IMG/VR virus record: IMGVR_UViG_3300045988_147865
Location: 1-63,626 of that record
Reading direction: 5' to 3' (one strand)
DNA from: a virus
DNA: 63,626 bases
Under the pieces are notes generated by a model, which saw only the letters and a program-made list of their open reading frames with translations, had not been told where the DNA came from and ran no database searches. This document shows positions 50,001-55,748 of the stretch, piece by piece (position 1 is the stretch's first letter; every line of letters begins with the position of its first letter). Made by a program: the position numbers and the translations under genes.

Positions 50001-50559
50001 CATCCATCAACCCCTCATTATTCACCACACCGGTTGGAGTCGTAACAGGAGCCGCCTCTTTAGATTCAGGAGAAGCCGCATTAGCTGATGATGAAGAAGA
50101 AGTTTCTTCCTTCACTGGCATTTCCTCACCTTTTACAACTGGCTGAGGAATCTCTGGTGATGGCTGATATGTTCCGTTGCTCGTCTGAACACCAGTAGGA
50201 ATCATATCCAAAACTTTTGCTATAAGACCAGGAACCTTGTCTGTTGTTTCCTGCTTCTTTGCTGGTTGAGCCACCTGCGGCTTAGTTTCAGTAGAAGCCT
50301 TCTGCTCTACACTCTGAGTCGTAGCAGAAGCATCTACCTGCTTACCACCACCAGAAGTAGATGGAGCTGGCTCCAGCACCATCTTGTCAAAGTCTGCCTG
50401 TGTTCCCACATCATACCCCATGTTCTTGGCCTCATTGTAGTACCAGTTACGATCTTCCTCGTTGTTCAAGTCCTTTTTGAAGTCATCATAGCTACCTACT
50501 TCATAGCCATTGTTCTTGAACTCATTATAAAAATATTGTCTGTCTTGCTCGTCAAACAT
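35002..50559 (-). CDS. Giant polyvalent virion/ejection protein (5,185 aa).
   Basis: Single uninterrupted ORF between the portal block and two further virion-type ORFs. Contains several recognisable enzymatic modules separated by low-complexity linkers (see domain features). Confidence 0.85.
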   Translation of the reverse strand: MFDEQDRQYFYNEFKNNGYEVGSYDDFKKDLNNEEDRNWYYNEAKNMGYDVGTQADFDKMVLEPAPSTSGGGKQVDASATTQSVEQKASTETKPQVAQPAKKQETTDKVPGLIAKVLDMIPTGVQTSNGTYQPSPEIPQPVVKGEEMPVKEETSSSSSANAASPESKEAAPVTTPTGVVNNEGLMDAKLANYIEDWKQRPDKQSTYFENLVADLLADGTANSNEEAVNMVMPALHRYANRSAMDVTNQVVSSLPDDTVQDAEKSIEAQWYSHGVQDKLKQEAYNMGISYDDYVGLFLKPAMVQSLVNKYGPNYRDIAEGIATRLYSHDENVQDRLMNQDINDALSDVISKYTSTSVAKAIQDAEAASNAQMAKYNEQSKYVDAASPFAIGAIAEANKTRDPQKILSGLQQKFGKLYRNPEFLNDMSNAAFKVMQRYGMNGTLSGDPKQFKPMINAAIKNELDQLEVKGMIPRGSADYILKTGIENTIIGKVSRKIMQTDYQNWLEDIANQQYHPGFWENVASGALTFAGDAWSYWLPGAAGGKLTKSMVAKAEGKLAGDLMAKGMERRVAERVAKVLIGKSKAAALKSGAAHGAVTFGGQSAISKPIDEIYRTGQFDENGKIYNPSVGKVIANTLGEVAKQSAVGAIMQGGTIANMVGKGRGLATNILADIGGKVVDSGIMTGQQLLERMAHDPNFKPTGKDAAETFLESGANLLSIGFPGFVGKYARFKDAREFNKKFDFTDQDIAELKRFGYDGLRDAFEKMGIGEYAVVGENAQRLDGQLTQKYMDLMNDKSVPEVLKAKMMAVVEGKRPSSFSPIVDSIIVQPMDNGGKVYLETLNKDGGIVERKEFSSLDEAQKADKKLEYEKTLGLASVLEGEFHNEFTQEHLDGLYNKAAQKYNMGEKLTDEDKAAVYLHQNAGSIKDIMDKQQKGIILTDEEQKQVNAYRHYYDSALENSSVMREFVNTFEDSHGVARGTLRKALESKDKKYAPLVESYLKELYNSIELKREMKQIEDDKKRIEQGDVDGAKPATPVEGPASVEGSAGGQEPPVSEEPAPYQDRTNSVPTPSDAEVAANPANSAAEGAGNEPKVANSDAFVMGQNAYKNGDSEALQAIDYNSDLATGRLKRAFADNEKMPEIVANAYNEGRDMEQFVAQRASLTPAQKEAISKYVEAMDAKKGAIDALQHADDGYGEALKQQLWPYQTEDGNIVPATLDSGKQVFLKKANEYGGAFVVVPDEQGQATIKQVSNAEIREVGTPVSLDEYIENMVTQQKNARAQQFISQFDGSGLKPNDQVTVAMEEGDANVNMTFAGYSEDGKIVLTDGKDYLPLSKEEFAAWRKNALDNTINEHLDAEDVEREQKAASQAEADKKQRYANGIVGLSEGQPDYSSKDSDPNVAAEYLQEQFGEDHGKLLNLVNGSRDDIKTQLANKRKAAIEYQNWLDTNADLDPEKAKKVEDELSLVNEQIADLDARFKNWNTIRNSVMTPDEVKAMKEERKAEVEKAGVDESAIVPSDDFHVLVLDDKELKKQYPTMDKATDYITSQRKDLYHTQEDVERKINDVNDMLDQYINGETELDPTQLMELNTTKAQLKTLQTNLSVAAKGLKAQANKLSRLYKTEVSKQEMEKLGMTPSEQRKALVADALKKNDMNAIHEIYKDASVDVMDLTPQTLEEAVSESLFPHSLNPESLQYELGKSNFKFGIGKGYDSNKFNYLIAKKGTGMSVNEFAVRVYNDLPVNLQDMGYTDQDVRNALLDMFKSYDSVKEMRNVALMNRIAAAEDELSSEEEYYEAQKEREIFERQAEIEKYKSYIHEKELSLPSESELDHIYGLEYDRMMEIEDREREYKQYVKSILPELADYDDRSNDEGYGGGSSLGSDSSRRGVDEGNSQGEEVGNGEASSESEIGEGSDSGRKGRQETGSLERGEGSTVRGSHLPQEASFGERLKSAIAETETEPTEAQKKAGNYKKGHLSFGGYDYTVETPKGVTRSGKDEQGKPWSVTMHDTYGYILGKIGVDGDHIDMFINDAADLDTFDGNVYVVDQVNPETGEFDEHKVIYGYPSEEAATKAYLANYSKGWKGLGKVTAVPKATFDKWLESSDRKTKPFAEYAMVQKEQAKFDRDVKEVKPENLTEAQRVAYDAVSAMLKKAGIPVKIVSNEDMEKVAEAQDNLAVEMLLNDSRLRFYIKTPEQKEAAKAAYDWAAKNRPDKFKQYAIVNMDNPNEPPQYFEKKDLAEKWRKYYTNAWKIGNYKAFNLNKPFEEQIKDVKGDVPSEFDPYKAESLLNKRIELEKQIKETEDSYNAKKKERAEYQNQLMQDYMDQHGLSSENDIPDDVWTDYRDKSFEKYQDTLDDLFHKYVELDNQLKAVAEPGVQYLKGKGVVYGYTDGKEIVLNQEHLNPNTPIHEYQHLWRTAAKEMNPELIEHGDKLIMQTQLFADLKQDPNYNHLTDEQICDEAFARLTGEDGAAILEQMAKDAIKENPLDTAKELSVINKLKEWLKKFWYWTLDTFTKWKPEDIKKMTLEDIRNLVLRDLANGVDPRTKLHEAENADDIKFMGSTTKKRMKNVASQFEGRELDKAQQVVADVYSGKDNNKDFSFTSGGAERIMVMRQGNDDHAGTKHSLYRHFGVNKNYITVDDILSLPKMLNVSTRKPSKKGTIEYSYTDKESGVTYTVVTKPVGNKEHFQNFYSDRKANPSDASHVAEGNTYTPEGARKTDGNAFMRAKVDNNSETAKENGENLSVEDKIKAVSQQFGVDEADVAMYANAIKKGSTAEAARARANIRRHLMQVNEDNISSLKDIAKYTKPVNNALKENFGDLDAMLEERRKQVEAERNAMEAARKRAEEEEAKRQKHLEELSLIPDDQLDKQYMDALAKGDDATAREMLDEAARRKGYDDTESAYQGVGAWAAPGNPGYESDKARRDDWESSGSDVNLEDIALGYTPQPDDYFSHPERYSQNTPHGLESVKAINAAIDAIKNGEKDVKVKVYRAVPTSVKEGKLRNGDWVTPSKKYAEMHGTNRLEGKYRIIEDEVPANQLWWDGNDANEFGFDDGKAYKYKNAKNNRKLNDLVTYDDNGDVIPPSKRFNSRKQDVRFHRVTEPEELDRLNKEKTFRMYSGMQEVDGKLYSPMAAIIDGKRTDATEIGAWMGADERPDLVKNGKFQLVKTDKNPGAGEGPVPAAYNPYMHTSTSVMNDQFSGAYARGNIKVVEWEIPESEKTSGYHAEGAKDSVGLVPWTSGTVNSLLPKDRQRSVMLSRWRKAVRIVPDEEVAEKIAAQLSGTGLAIPWNVVTPNQLRELAKLGVPITTVEQGRQNPEVKEKFLEQMADLKKEFPQAQFVDVKMTKDAFKEWGGKGIVKSPIMQQKLKKHPDSLMKAGTYFSGGGLVEEGLKGIIDPVVAVEYDRKISGVYRNNFGQHIVTADVRDVDPKELVKHIDGEVEYFHASPVCKNYSQAKSNSGEVELDKETAKSTAEFIDAVKPRVVTIENVKGYKDSEAMKIITKTLDKNGYTWDSDVYNAADYGGYTSRERLIIRAVKDGELPEKPKKQPRKGGWLEAVEDILPTLTVKESGVAPWMDARLKADGIDWQKVEKPLYVMGSAYADGKIPHAYGDDILPTLRTKSGDVIIMPGGKVLRADGRVLARITGLGDDYKLPKTESLAHTIIGNGIPVQLTQGVIAPLLNKDDLSGRNVLARLGSSIFKNNWDADKQKQVSDRVVNTANKLGGAEATVYTSVDEVPDAYLSDVKNGATGWYDPTTHTVHVYLPNCADANEAERTVLHEKIGHEGMEVLLGGEDGVRKFANFVYRSVGKDVRGKIIDFANKYDPDWKNPDRMNVGTQEYIAHLAEDGPKSAEDFTLWTKIKHYLIKLLKKLGVRVPGLLNDKDLRYYLMKAGKALHVWDEMPQEKQEAMMKQASNAEIKDALGDGAGKGKPRQKKGESTIQYMKRVQEWRKWQNAREDKENPEPPMFYDIDKDEAGKKEWAKLNKDWRERHHLVGEEPTGMPIRMEGEEDDAYMNRIHEYEKWQAAMKDQEDPLPDMFAFEKKKQEEVKRKYEDWLVKHDLLEQQQADLDLYEGKIYPAETNPKADALEQQVMQDLAEVTSTDVSKEGAAKTVKHAVIHRRKNMEEASADDAIYINDVKNRIEKMADSGVFDKLLSDYKGKKNRAEKLAETIPYIIEAPRRLRDMAHNLNATGVFDKGHIHIQPSDVEAIQPYVTDLITETAKKHIEIKKGKEIEVYDDPKAVSEVASKMAQAINANHQGEEGFVPCDGTDILSKHVLKLVKERVVPGRINYKELSPEMQAAIDSIRDWYNYTYDWLMDNHALKAGTGYNVDYVNHIWDKEKSDPEAYATFVENRQRTKSPNEKPRTISTLMEGIYAGLVPKTTDITKMMAYYSRSNIEAWANKTMLQELTGLNVIERNEKGEVISTDPLLSSSAPFNLEQYKYFEIPGVGPVWVYNVSPKQVKVKNPITGKEKVIYSEASAGDRFGVVFDTYQSSPFWKTFDTLASSAKKLELGFSGFHAGALTEVYMVQNMVEFGPKKAMANFMKYIFADTAKNHELPCFANPEDFQEAASHLVKFGATNDYAAADVQNMFDNMRNAMMKVQEKLKDGNGISGTVAKASMPLTVATQMLSLINKGMDVALWDFLHDGLKLATYRMRADKTKERAKKKGWSAEELNRALDEDGQFVNDMFGGQHWDVLGASHRTLRYAGRVLLSPDWNASTTRHFLALTGFGSIWNEATFENFKQYYKRLKHKELTPEDEGRRSRQISALLCYGIGFMVFYEGIANGINAAFRAMDEEKERKKAEEIRKTNPSYKSMYELAYGDEGMKWYDYLMRGNSLGQQSKIFLGRYEDGTEMYVRHGKQFREVPEYLFNHKGELEFPGPMVQRMIGKANPMVRMTLDDINYLSDFQASHADQEIQRKYGKTIGLLYKDALYWAPFLIPSQENKEFKAVDFFFPSSKGFSPWKAQSYFKDFILSGDMEGVVMTYQSCQRNGIDPEAQIKAAIGSVKALESAEMSDGVTSLQEASKRFDAAKSITEKKKMRQKMKKFLSQSDYKAFTQKEALDMVQGYLNGDEDLKEMEKAESKYLMKAKAEDVTEDWRIQNVWNGTIETYQEYQRLKDVDKAKANAFKNSKTNKRLFAARKAISAAKKKMNKAKKQMDGQNDAARLVEIRKIRKELLKTLNGME
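38945..39335 (-). other. Domain of the giant ORF: zincin-like module 2 (HEKIGHEG), a paralogue of module 1.
   Basis: GWYDPTTHTVHVYLPN...TVLHEKIGHEG ... IAHLAEDG ... IKHYLIKLLKKL, collinear with module 1. Confidence 0.45.
39540..40440 (-). other. Domain of the giant ORF: C5-cytosine DNA methyltransferase.
   Basis: Motif I YFSGGGL (40410-40437), motif IV SPVCKNYS (about 40225-40240), motif VI ENVKG (40105-40113), motif VIII TSRERLI, motif X GNGIPV (about 39566-39583). Confidence 0.8.
43035..43440 (-). other. Domain of the giant ORF: zincin-like module 1 (HEYQH).
   Basis: VVYGYTDGKEIVLNQEHLNPNTPIHEYQHLW ... FARLTGEDG ... KLKEWLKKFW. Confidence 0.5.
44230..44670 (-). other. Domain of the giant ORF: inorganic-pyrophosphatase-like module.
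   Basis: GNYKKGHLSFGGYDYTVETPKG ... YGYILGKIGVDGDHIDMF. DGDxxD resembles the PPase signature. Confidence 0.45.
44700..44990 (-). other. Domain of the giant ORF: S/G/E-rich low-complexity linker.
   Basis: GGGSSLGSDSSRRGVDEGNSQGEEVGNGEASSESEIGEGSDSGRKG... Confidence 0.7.
48430..49020 (-). other. Domain of the giant ORF: Gly/Ala-rich hydrophobic segments.
   Basis: GFWENVASGALTFAGDAWSYWLPGAAGG ... GAAHGAVTFGGQSAI ... AVGAIMQGGTIANMVG. Confidence 0.5.
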
Positions 50560-50635
50560 ACCTTATCTTATTTTTTTGATTAATAATCAGTTACTTTCTT
50601 CTCCTTGATGGTGGAACCTTACTACCTCCTCTACG

Positions 50636-51850
50636 TTAAGGAGGGACTTTACTGCCACCACTACCTTTACGAGAAGGAGGAGTCCGGTCAAACTTCATCT
50701 GAGCCTTAGCCCATCTAGATGCCTGCTGGCGATTCTTCTCATTCGCCCAAGTGCCACCTCGGCCATCATTACCACCGATAGCCATACCATTATTCTTGGC
50801 CCACTGGTTTACATGTTTCTTGAAAACAGGGTCGTTCACATACCTGGTGTTGAAATCATCAGCCTCCTTCTGGTTGGCATTCCTCTGATTCTGTCCCTCT
50901 GTTTGGGAATTAATATGCCTAACTTGCGCTCCCTTAACGTTAACGCTAGCATTATGATCAGCAGCTCCGGCATTGGCATTATTAGTTTGAGCATCAAGTA
51001 ATTTTCCCTTCTTACCTCTCAAAGCATCCTCAGTTTCCTTCTTCGATGTACTAAGTGCAGCCTGTGCAGCAGCAGCATTGCCTCTCTCCTTCTCCGTCTG
51101 AACCTTTACAGGAGTAAGAGCATCCGTCTGATTCTTCTGTGAACCACGATAAGCAGCCAGTGCCTCATTTGCCTTTGCAGCAGCCTCTGCCTGCATCTGT
51201 GCCTGTTTGTCTTTACGGTCCTTATAGATATTCACCATCAACTGGTTATATCCCTTGGCACGAAGAGCCTCAGTAGCCTCTCTTATCTTGCGTTGGCGAT
51301 CAGTAAGTTCTTGTGCAGATTCTATTTTTTGCGATGGAGCACCTTGAACTGTACCAAAGAAGTTACCCAAGTGCATGAAAAGATTTCCCCATTGTTCCCA
51401 TTTGGCTTGATTCTCTGCCTTCTTTTGCAGAGCTGCATTTGCAGCCACAGTTTTATCGGCATCACCAAGTGAAGAAAGCCAAGGCATGAAGGTAGACCAG
51501 TTTCCATCACCATTCTTCTGGTAATCCCTCATAATGTCATAAGGCTTCATCTGCTGCAAGATAGGATTCTGTTCTATCTCGCTATAAGGTCTACTCCAGT
51601 CAATCTTGATACCCTGGTTAGGCTCCACCTTGGTAACTTCCTCGGTTGGCTGCTGGGCAAAAGATTCCTTGCCACCATTCTTAGTAATACCGGTCGTATC
51701 TATGGCTGTACCCTTTCCCGGTTCTGTATTAGTTGTCTGAACTGGTACTGCAAACTCCGGCTTCACCGCATTATCATCAGGGAAATTAGTAACAGGAGTA
51801 ACGGCAGTAGCCGGGCGTTTAGAAGTTAAATCATCTAATGTAAATCCCAT
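50636..51850 (-). CDS. Hypothetical virion/internal protein.
   Basis: 404-aa ORF immediately upstream of the giant ORF. A/Q/K-rich central region. Confidence 0.55.
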   Translation of the reverse strand: MGFTLDDLTSKRPATAVTPVTNFPDDNAVKPEFAVPVQTTNTEPGKGTAIDTTGITKNGGKESFAQQPTEEVTKVEPNQGIKIDWSRPYSEIEQNPILQQMKPYDIMRDYQKNGDGNWSTFMPWLSSLGDADKTVAANAALQKKAENQAKWEQWGNLFMHLGNFFGTVQGAPSQKIESAQELTDRQRKIREATEALRAKGYNQLMVNIYKDRKDKQAQMQAEAAAKANEALAAYRGSQKNQTDALTPVKVQTEKERGNAAAAQAALSTSKKETEDALRGKKGKLLDAQTNNANAGAADHNASVNVKGAQVRHINSQTEGQNQRNANQKEADDFNTRYVNDPVFKKHVNQWAKNNGMAIGGNDGRGGTWANEKNRQQASRWAKAQMKFDRTPPSRKGSGGSKVPP

Positions 51851-51864
51851 AATTACCTCCTTCC

Positions 51865-52368
51865 TTAAATTGGCAATTTACTTGCAGCTCCAGCCAAGCC
51901 ACCAGCTGCATCCGTGATACCCTGAGCAGTCGAAAGAGCCTTCTCCTTCTTGGCTGTGGCGATGTAGTTAGTCATCTGGTCTATCTGCGAATCAGCAGTA
52001 TTCCACACGTTTTCTTTTGTTTGAGCACCTTGTACAGCAGCCTCTTGCATCATCTTACCCACCTGCTCCTGGGCAGCCTGCTTACTCAGCGCAACCGCTT
52101 CATCAGATCCACCACTAACAATATTGGTGTTCTTTGCGGTTGCTGTAGCATTATCCAATACCTTCTGGGCATTGGTCACGGCTACCTGATTCTCCGCTGA
52201 CTGAGTAGGATCCTGATAATACAAGTTGTCACGATGATCCTTCACCTGTTGCATACGGTCTTGAAACATGTTGATATAATCATTATATCCCTTGTTTCTT
52301 GCTTTAGCTGCTAGAGCACCACCTACAGCAGAGGTCAGTCCACCAGCAATACTTCCAATAATTCCCAT
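51865..52368 (-). CDS. Hypothetical virion/internal protein (G/A-rich termini).
   Basis: 167-aa ORF, first gene behind late motif copy 5. Confidence 0.55.
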   Translation of the reverse strand: MGIIGSIAGGLTSAVGGALAAKARNKGYNDYINMFQDRMQQVKDHRDNLYYQDPTQSAENQVAVTNAQKVLDNATATAKNTNIVSGGSDEAVALSKQAAQEQVGKMMQEAAVQGAQTKENVWNTADSQIDQMTNYIATAKKEKALSTAQGITDAAGGLAGAASKLPI

Positions 52369-52421
52369 AAAATTCGAATTTTAATGTTTAAACTGTTCAA
52401 AAGTAATGCGTTTTTCTTACC

Positions 52422-52443
52422 TATCTGTGATAAGTTCCGCAAC
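52422..52443 (-). promoter_or_regulatory. Late-operon motif, copy 5.
   Basis: The - strand reads GTTGCGGAACTTATCACAGATA. A TACTTTTG box follows (rc at 52398-52405). Confidence 0.55.
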
Positions 52444-52519
52444 TTGAACACCAAGTTTCGTATTTTTTTTCTATATTTGCACCCGAAAACTATCAGTAAA
52501 CATTAAAAATCAATAGAAT

Positions 52520-52903
52520 ATGGCAGTAAAACAAGACAATAATAATGAGCCGAAGCCAAAGAGGAAGAAGACTGGCGGACGTAAGGCTGGCACACCTAAT
52601 AAGGTAACTAAAAGCGTGCGTGAAAGCCTCCGTGATGCTCTTACTGGCTACATCAATGGCATCAATGAGAAGAACTATTCCCTTTTCACGGATCTCATGC
52701 AGATTCAAGAGCCTGCCGGACGTCTGGCGATGGTGGCTAAGTTCCTTCCATACGTGGCTCCTAAGTTGCAGTCTGTATCGTTCAATAATGATGAATCCAG
52801 AAACTTATCTGTGGAGGAATCTTTCATGCAGTTGGAAGAGAAATTTGAGAAACAAGAAGCCACTATCAACATCAAAAATCTCAAAATTGTTAATAATGGC
52901 TAA
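52520..52903 (+). CDS. Hypothetical basic DNA-binding-like protein.
   Basis: 127 aa with N-terminal KPKRKKTGGRKAGTPNKVTK. Convergent with the integrase. A TATATTTG box lies upstream. Confidence 0.5.
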   Translation: MAVKQDNNNEPKPKRKKTGGRKAGTPNKVTKSVRESLRDALTGYINGINEKNYSLFTDLMQIQEPAGRLAMVAKFLPYVAPKLQSVSFNNDESRNLSVEESFMQLEEKFEKQEATINIKNLKIVNNG

Positions 52904-53036
52904 TTATAAAAAATGGGTAGCCCTCTCTAAATTTTCTTCAACTTTAGAGAAGACTACCCTTGACTTGGTTATTGAACAAAAACGCTCTATTTTAACTTAT
53001 ATTGGGTCAATTTTAATCTGTATTAACACAAAATAG

Positions 53037-54515
53037 CTATTTTATGTCCCTGACTCGCTCAAAGTACTTCGTCTGGTCCTTGGTGATATTCTTCACCTTG
53101 ATCTGTATCGTGCAGTTCTTAGGCACAGTATCATTTATGCTGTCCATGAGCTGTTCTATTATCTCATCTGTGTTCCGATAGCCCTTGCCATCCACATGAG
53201 CCACAACCTCACCCATAAAGTAAGCATCAGCTGACAACTCAAAGTTTTCCTCTACCTTATCGAATACAGGCAGATGATGTTCCTCCAGGCGTTTGCTCTT
53301 GTCGTTAGTAAAAAACACCTTCTCAACAATTTTCTCGTTTATCTCCCATATCTTTGAAAAATCCGGTTTCACATATCCCATAGTGATTTTATGCCTATTA
53401 ACATGATTTAATCCGAATGCTACATCATCGAAACTAACTCCAAGATCATTTTGAGCAATAGTTGCCCATGTGTGCCTGAAGGTATAGGTAGAATATGTTT
53501 TATCACCTTGTTTCATTCCAAGATAATTAAGACAGATTAAACGAATCTCGTGACTCTGGCTTGCAACAAAATTTCTATCATTAAGAAACATCTTATGAAA
53601 CTTGAAAAGATACTCATCTTTCTCATCACTTAGATATTTCTCAATGGTAGGAATTAACATGTCGGGAACTCTGATTTCTATATAAGCCTTATCCTCTCTT
53701 CTTGTTCTCGTCTTAGCGCGCTCGTAATGCAAAATTCCATCATAATAGGCAGTCTTCTTCATCCTATAGAGATCAACACCATTAATTCCTGCTAAGCAAA
53801 GCGTCATTTTGCAAATATCCTGAGCCATCTTTCTAGCCTTCTGGGTTACATTAATGGCAAAAAACGCTCTACACTCCTCCATGGTAATAGCTTTTTTCTC
53901 AGGTACATCATGCTTAGGAATCTTCACTTTTGCCCAAGGATTCACCTTTATACGAATGATGTCATTATCATAATCATTATATTTAAGAAGTCCAGCCTTA
54001 AAGATGGTTTTTATTGTGACAGGGTATGTCTCTTTAACTCGCTTGAAACAAGATAATGAATCTATCCACGACTGTATAAAAGACGTAGTCATCTGAGAAA
54101 ACATTATCTTATGAGTCCCAGCGAATTTTTCCAAAGCAACCAAAGATGCTTTATTTAATTCTACTGTTCTTTGCTGGTGCGTATAAGAAATCTTATCAAT
54201 ATATTCTCTAGCATAATCAGAAAAGCAAAGATCATCATGAGAAGCCAAAAGAAGATCTCTAACCTGTTCTGCCGACAAATTAGCCGTATCATATCTATTA
54301 AGCATTTCCACCCACTTTGTAATCGTCACCATACAGGAGTTAAGAACAAACGGATCCTTCACTTCACGCTTACCAGGAACCACACCCTTACTGTTCACCA
54401 TCTTGTCTGTTTTGATGTTGATTATTCTGCGTTTATGTGTTAAACGTATATAGACTACATAAAGTCCATCTGAACGTTGATGTTGTACCACTACTTTAAA
54501 TGTTGCCATACACAA
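53037..54515 (-). CDS. int: Tyrosine recombinase/integrase (Bacteroides type, arm-binding N-terminus).
   Basis: N-terminus MATFKVVVQHQRSDGLYVVYIRLTHKRR (arm-binding-like). C-terminal catalytic strings YTFRHTWATIAQ and GLNHVNRHKITMGYV. Confidence 0.8.
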   Translation of the reverse strand: MCMATFKVVVQHQRSDGLYVVYIRLTHKRRIINIKTDKMVNSKGVVPGKREVKDPFVLNSCMVTITKWVEMLNRYDTANLSAEQVRDLLLASHDDLCFSDYAREYIDKISYTHQQRTVELNKASLVALEKFAGTHKIMFSQMTTSFIQSWIDSLSCFKRVKETYPVTIKTIFKAGLLKYNDYDNDIIRIKVNPWAKVKIPKHDVPEKKAITMEECRAFFAINVTQKARKMAQDICKMTLCLAGINGVDLYRMKKTAYYDGILHYERAKTRTRREDKAYIEIRVPDMLIPTIEKYLSDEKDEYLFKFHKMFLNDRNFVASQSHEIRLICLNYLGMKQGDKTYSTYTFRHTWATIAQNDLGVSFDDVAFGLNHVNRHKITMGYVKPDFSKIWEINEKIVEKVFFTNDKSKRLEEHHLPVFDKVEENFELSADAYFMGEVVAHVDGKGYRNTDEIIEQLMDSINDTVPKNCTIQIKVKNITKDQTKYFERVRDIK

Positions 54516-54731
54516 AAAATTCTATAAACAATTTCTAAACATTCACCTCAATTTGACACGTTAAACTTGCCAAACGATGTATTTTTTATTTAAAATAACC
54601 CTCTAATATCTGAAACTTTGCGCTATATCTCAGAAAATCAAGACATTAGCACAAGAAGACTAATATTAGCGGTTCACTCATAGTAATATCCTATAATCAC
54701 TATAGTTTTGAAGCATTTCTCTAAACTATCT

Positions 54732-55358
54732 CTATTCTTTTGATAAGTCAAAGATATAAATGTTTCCATTAACAGGAACCTTCAATATCAAGTTCTGAGC
54801 CTTTGGATTCTTCGCAACAACCATACCATAACGCATTTGACCGGCATTGATAGTTACACGCTTGAAGTATCTACTATTAATACTTGCCTCTGCTTGTGCC
54901 CTAGCCTCATCATTAGCGTTGGTTACAACCTGGGCTTTAGTTTCGATGGTTGTAGTCTTACCATCAGCTCCTTTAACATTAGTGCTTACAGACTGCTCCT
55001 CTACATTATTTGGACCCCATAACAGAATCCTTGTCTTTTCTTTCTTCACCCATTCATCACAAGTGTACACTTCGCAAGACTCAGTCTTATTCTTGTTAAT
55101 AGCCTCAACTTGTATTTTTGATGGGTCAAAGTTAAATCTATTCTGACTCTGGTTAATAATCGAAACATAAAATTCCTGATGTTTGGTTATCTTTCTATCA
55201 TCTTTTTTAGAGACAACAACTATTACACCATCATCACCATCAACCTGTATACCTTTATTTCCTGATTCATAACCAACAGTATACTTCTCAAATGTTTTCT
55301 GTGCCATTGCCGGAACACTCAAAAGAAACATTGAAAGAGCAAATAAAATCTTCTTCAT
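54732..55358 (-). CDS. Secreted/periplasmic protein (signal peptide).
   Basis: MKKILFALSMFLLSVPAMAQ leader. 208 aa. Confidence 0.55.
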   Translation of the reverse strand: MKKILFALSMFLLSVPAMAQKTFEKYTVGYESGNKGIQVDGDDGVIVVVSKKDDRKITKHQEFYVSIINQSQNRFNFDPSKIQVEAINKNKTESCEVYTCDEWVKKEKTRILLWGPNNVEEQSVSTNVKGADGKTTTIETKAQVVTNANDEARAQAEASINSRYFKRVTINAGQMRYGMVVAKNPKAQNLILKVPVNGNIYIFDLSKE

Positions 55359-55388
55359 ATCTTAATCCATTTGAAATTTAACCATATA

Positions 55389-55742
55389 TCATTTACCGCA
55401 CCAGCCACATAAAGTTTTGCCTTGATCAATGGCACTAGCCTCATCTGTAGCAGTTATCTTGCCTGTAGTTCTCTTAAGAGCTGGGCAATTTCTGTCCTTG
55501 TGGTACCGCTTAGAACCTGGACTGTCTGATACATATACGTTGCCTCCTGCTGTTACCTCAGTTTGGAAGCCATCAGCCTCAGCATTACTAGAAGAGGAAG
55601 ACAACCTGCCTATTGCAAAGCCAAGCATCAAGAAGCCAATGCAGAAGGTCACTAGACCAAAGCAAAAGAACTTCTTTGAAAGCCTCAGCTTTCTGTCTAT
55701 ATCTTTAATTTGTGAATCAACCATATTCTCTTTCATTTTCAT
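55389..55742 (-). CDS. Single-pass membrane protein with a C-terminal YH...C...CxxC metal-binding module.
   Basis: TM FFCFGLVTFCIGFLMLGFAIG. C-terminus VYVSDSPGSKRYHKDRNCPALK...EASAIDQGKTLCGWCGK. Confidence 0.55.
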   Translation of the reverse strand: MKMKENMVDSQIKDIDRKLRLSKKFFCFGLVTFCIGFLMLGFAIGRLSSSSSNAEADGFQTEVTAGGNVYVSDSPGSKRYHKDRNCPALKRTTGKITATDEASAIDQGKTLCGWCGK

Positions 55743-55748
55743 TCATAT

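Noticed and set aside
35089-50583. Many long + strand ORFs antisense to the giant gene, for example 48784..50088 (434 aa), 46438..47403 (321 aa), 39928..40803 (291 aa), 39043..39909 (288 aa) and 38212..39021 (269 aa).
   Set aside because: They lie entirely inside a 5,185-codon ORF that carries recognisable ordered enzyme motifs. Their translations are L/H/I/S-rich with no domain character. Long antisense frames are expected when the sense strand avoids TTA/CTA/TCA codons. I treat them as shadow ORFs.
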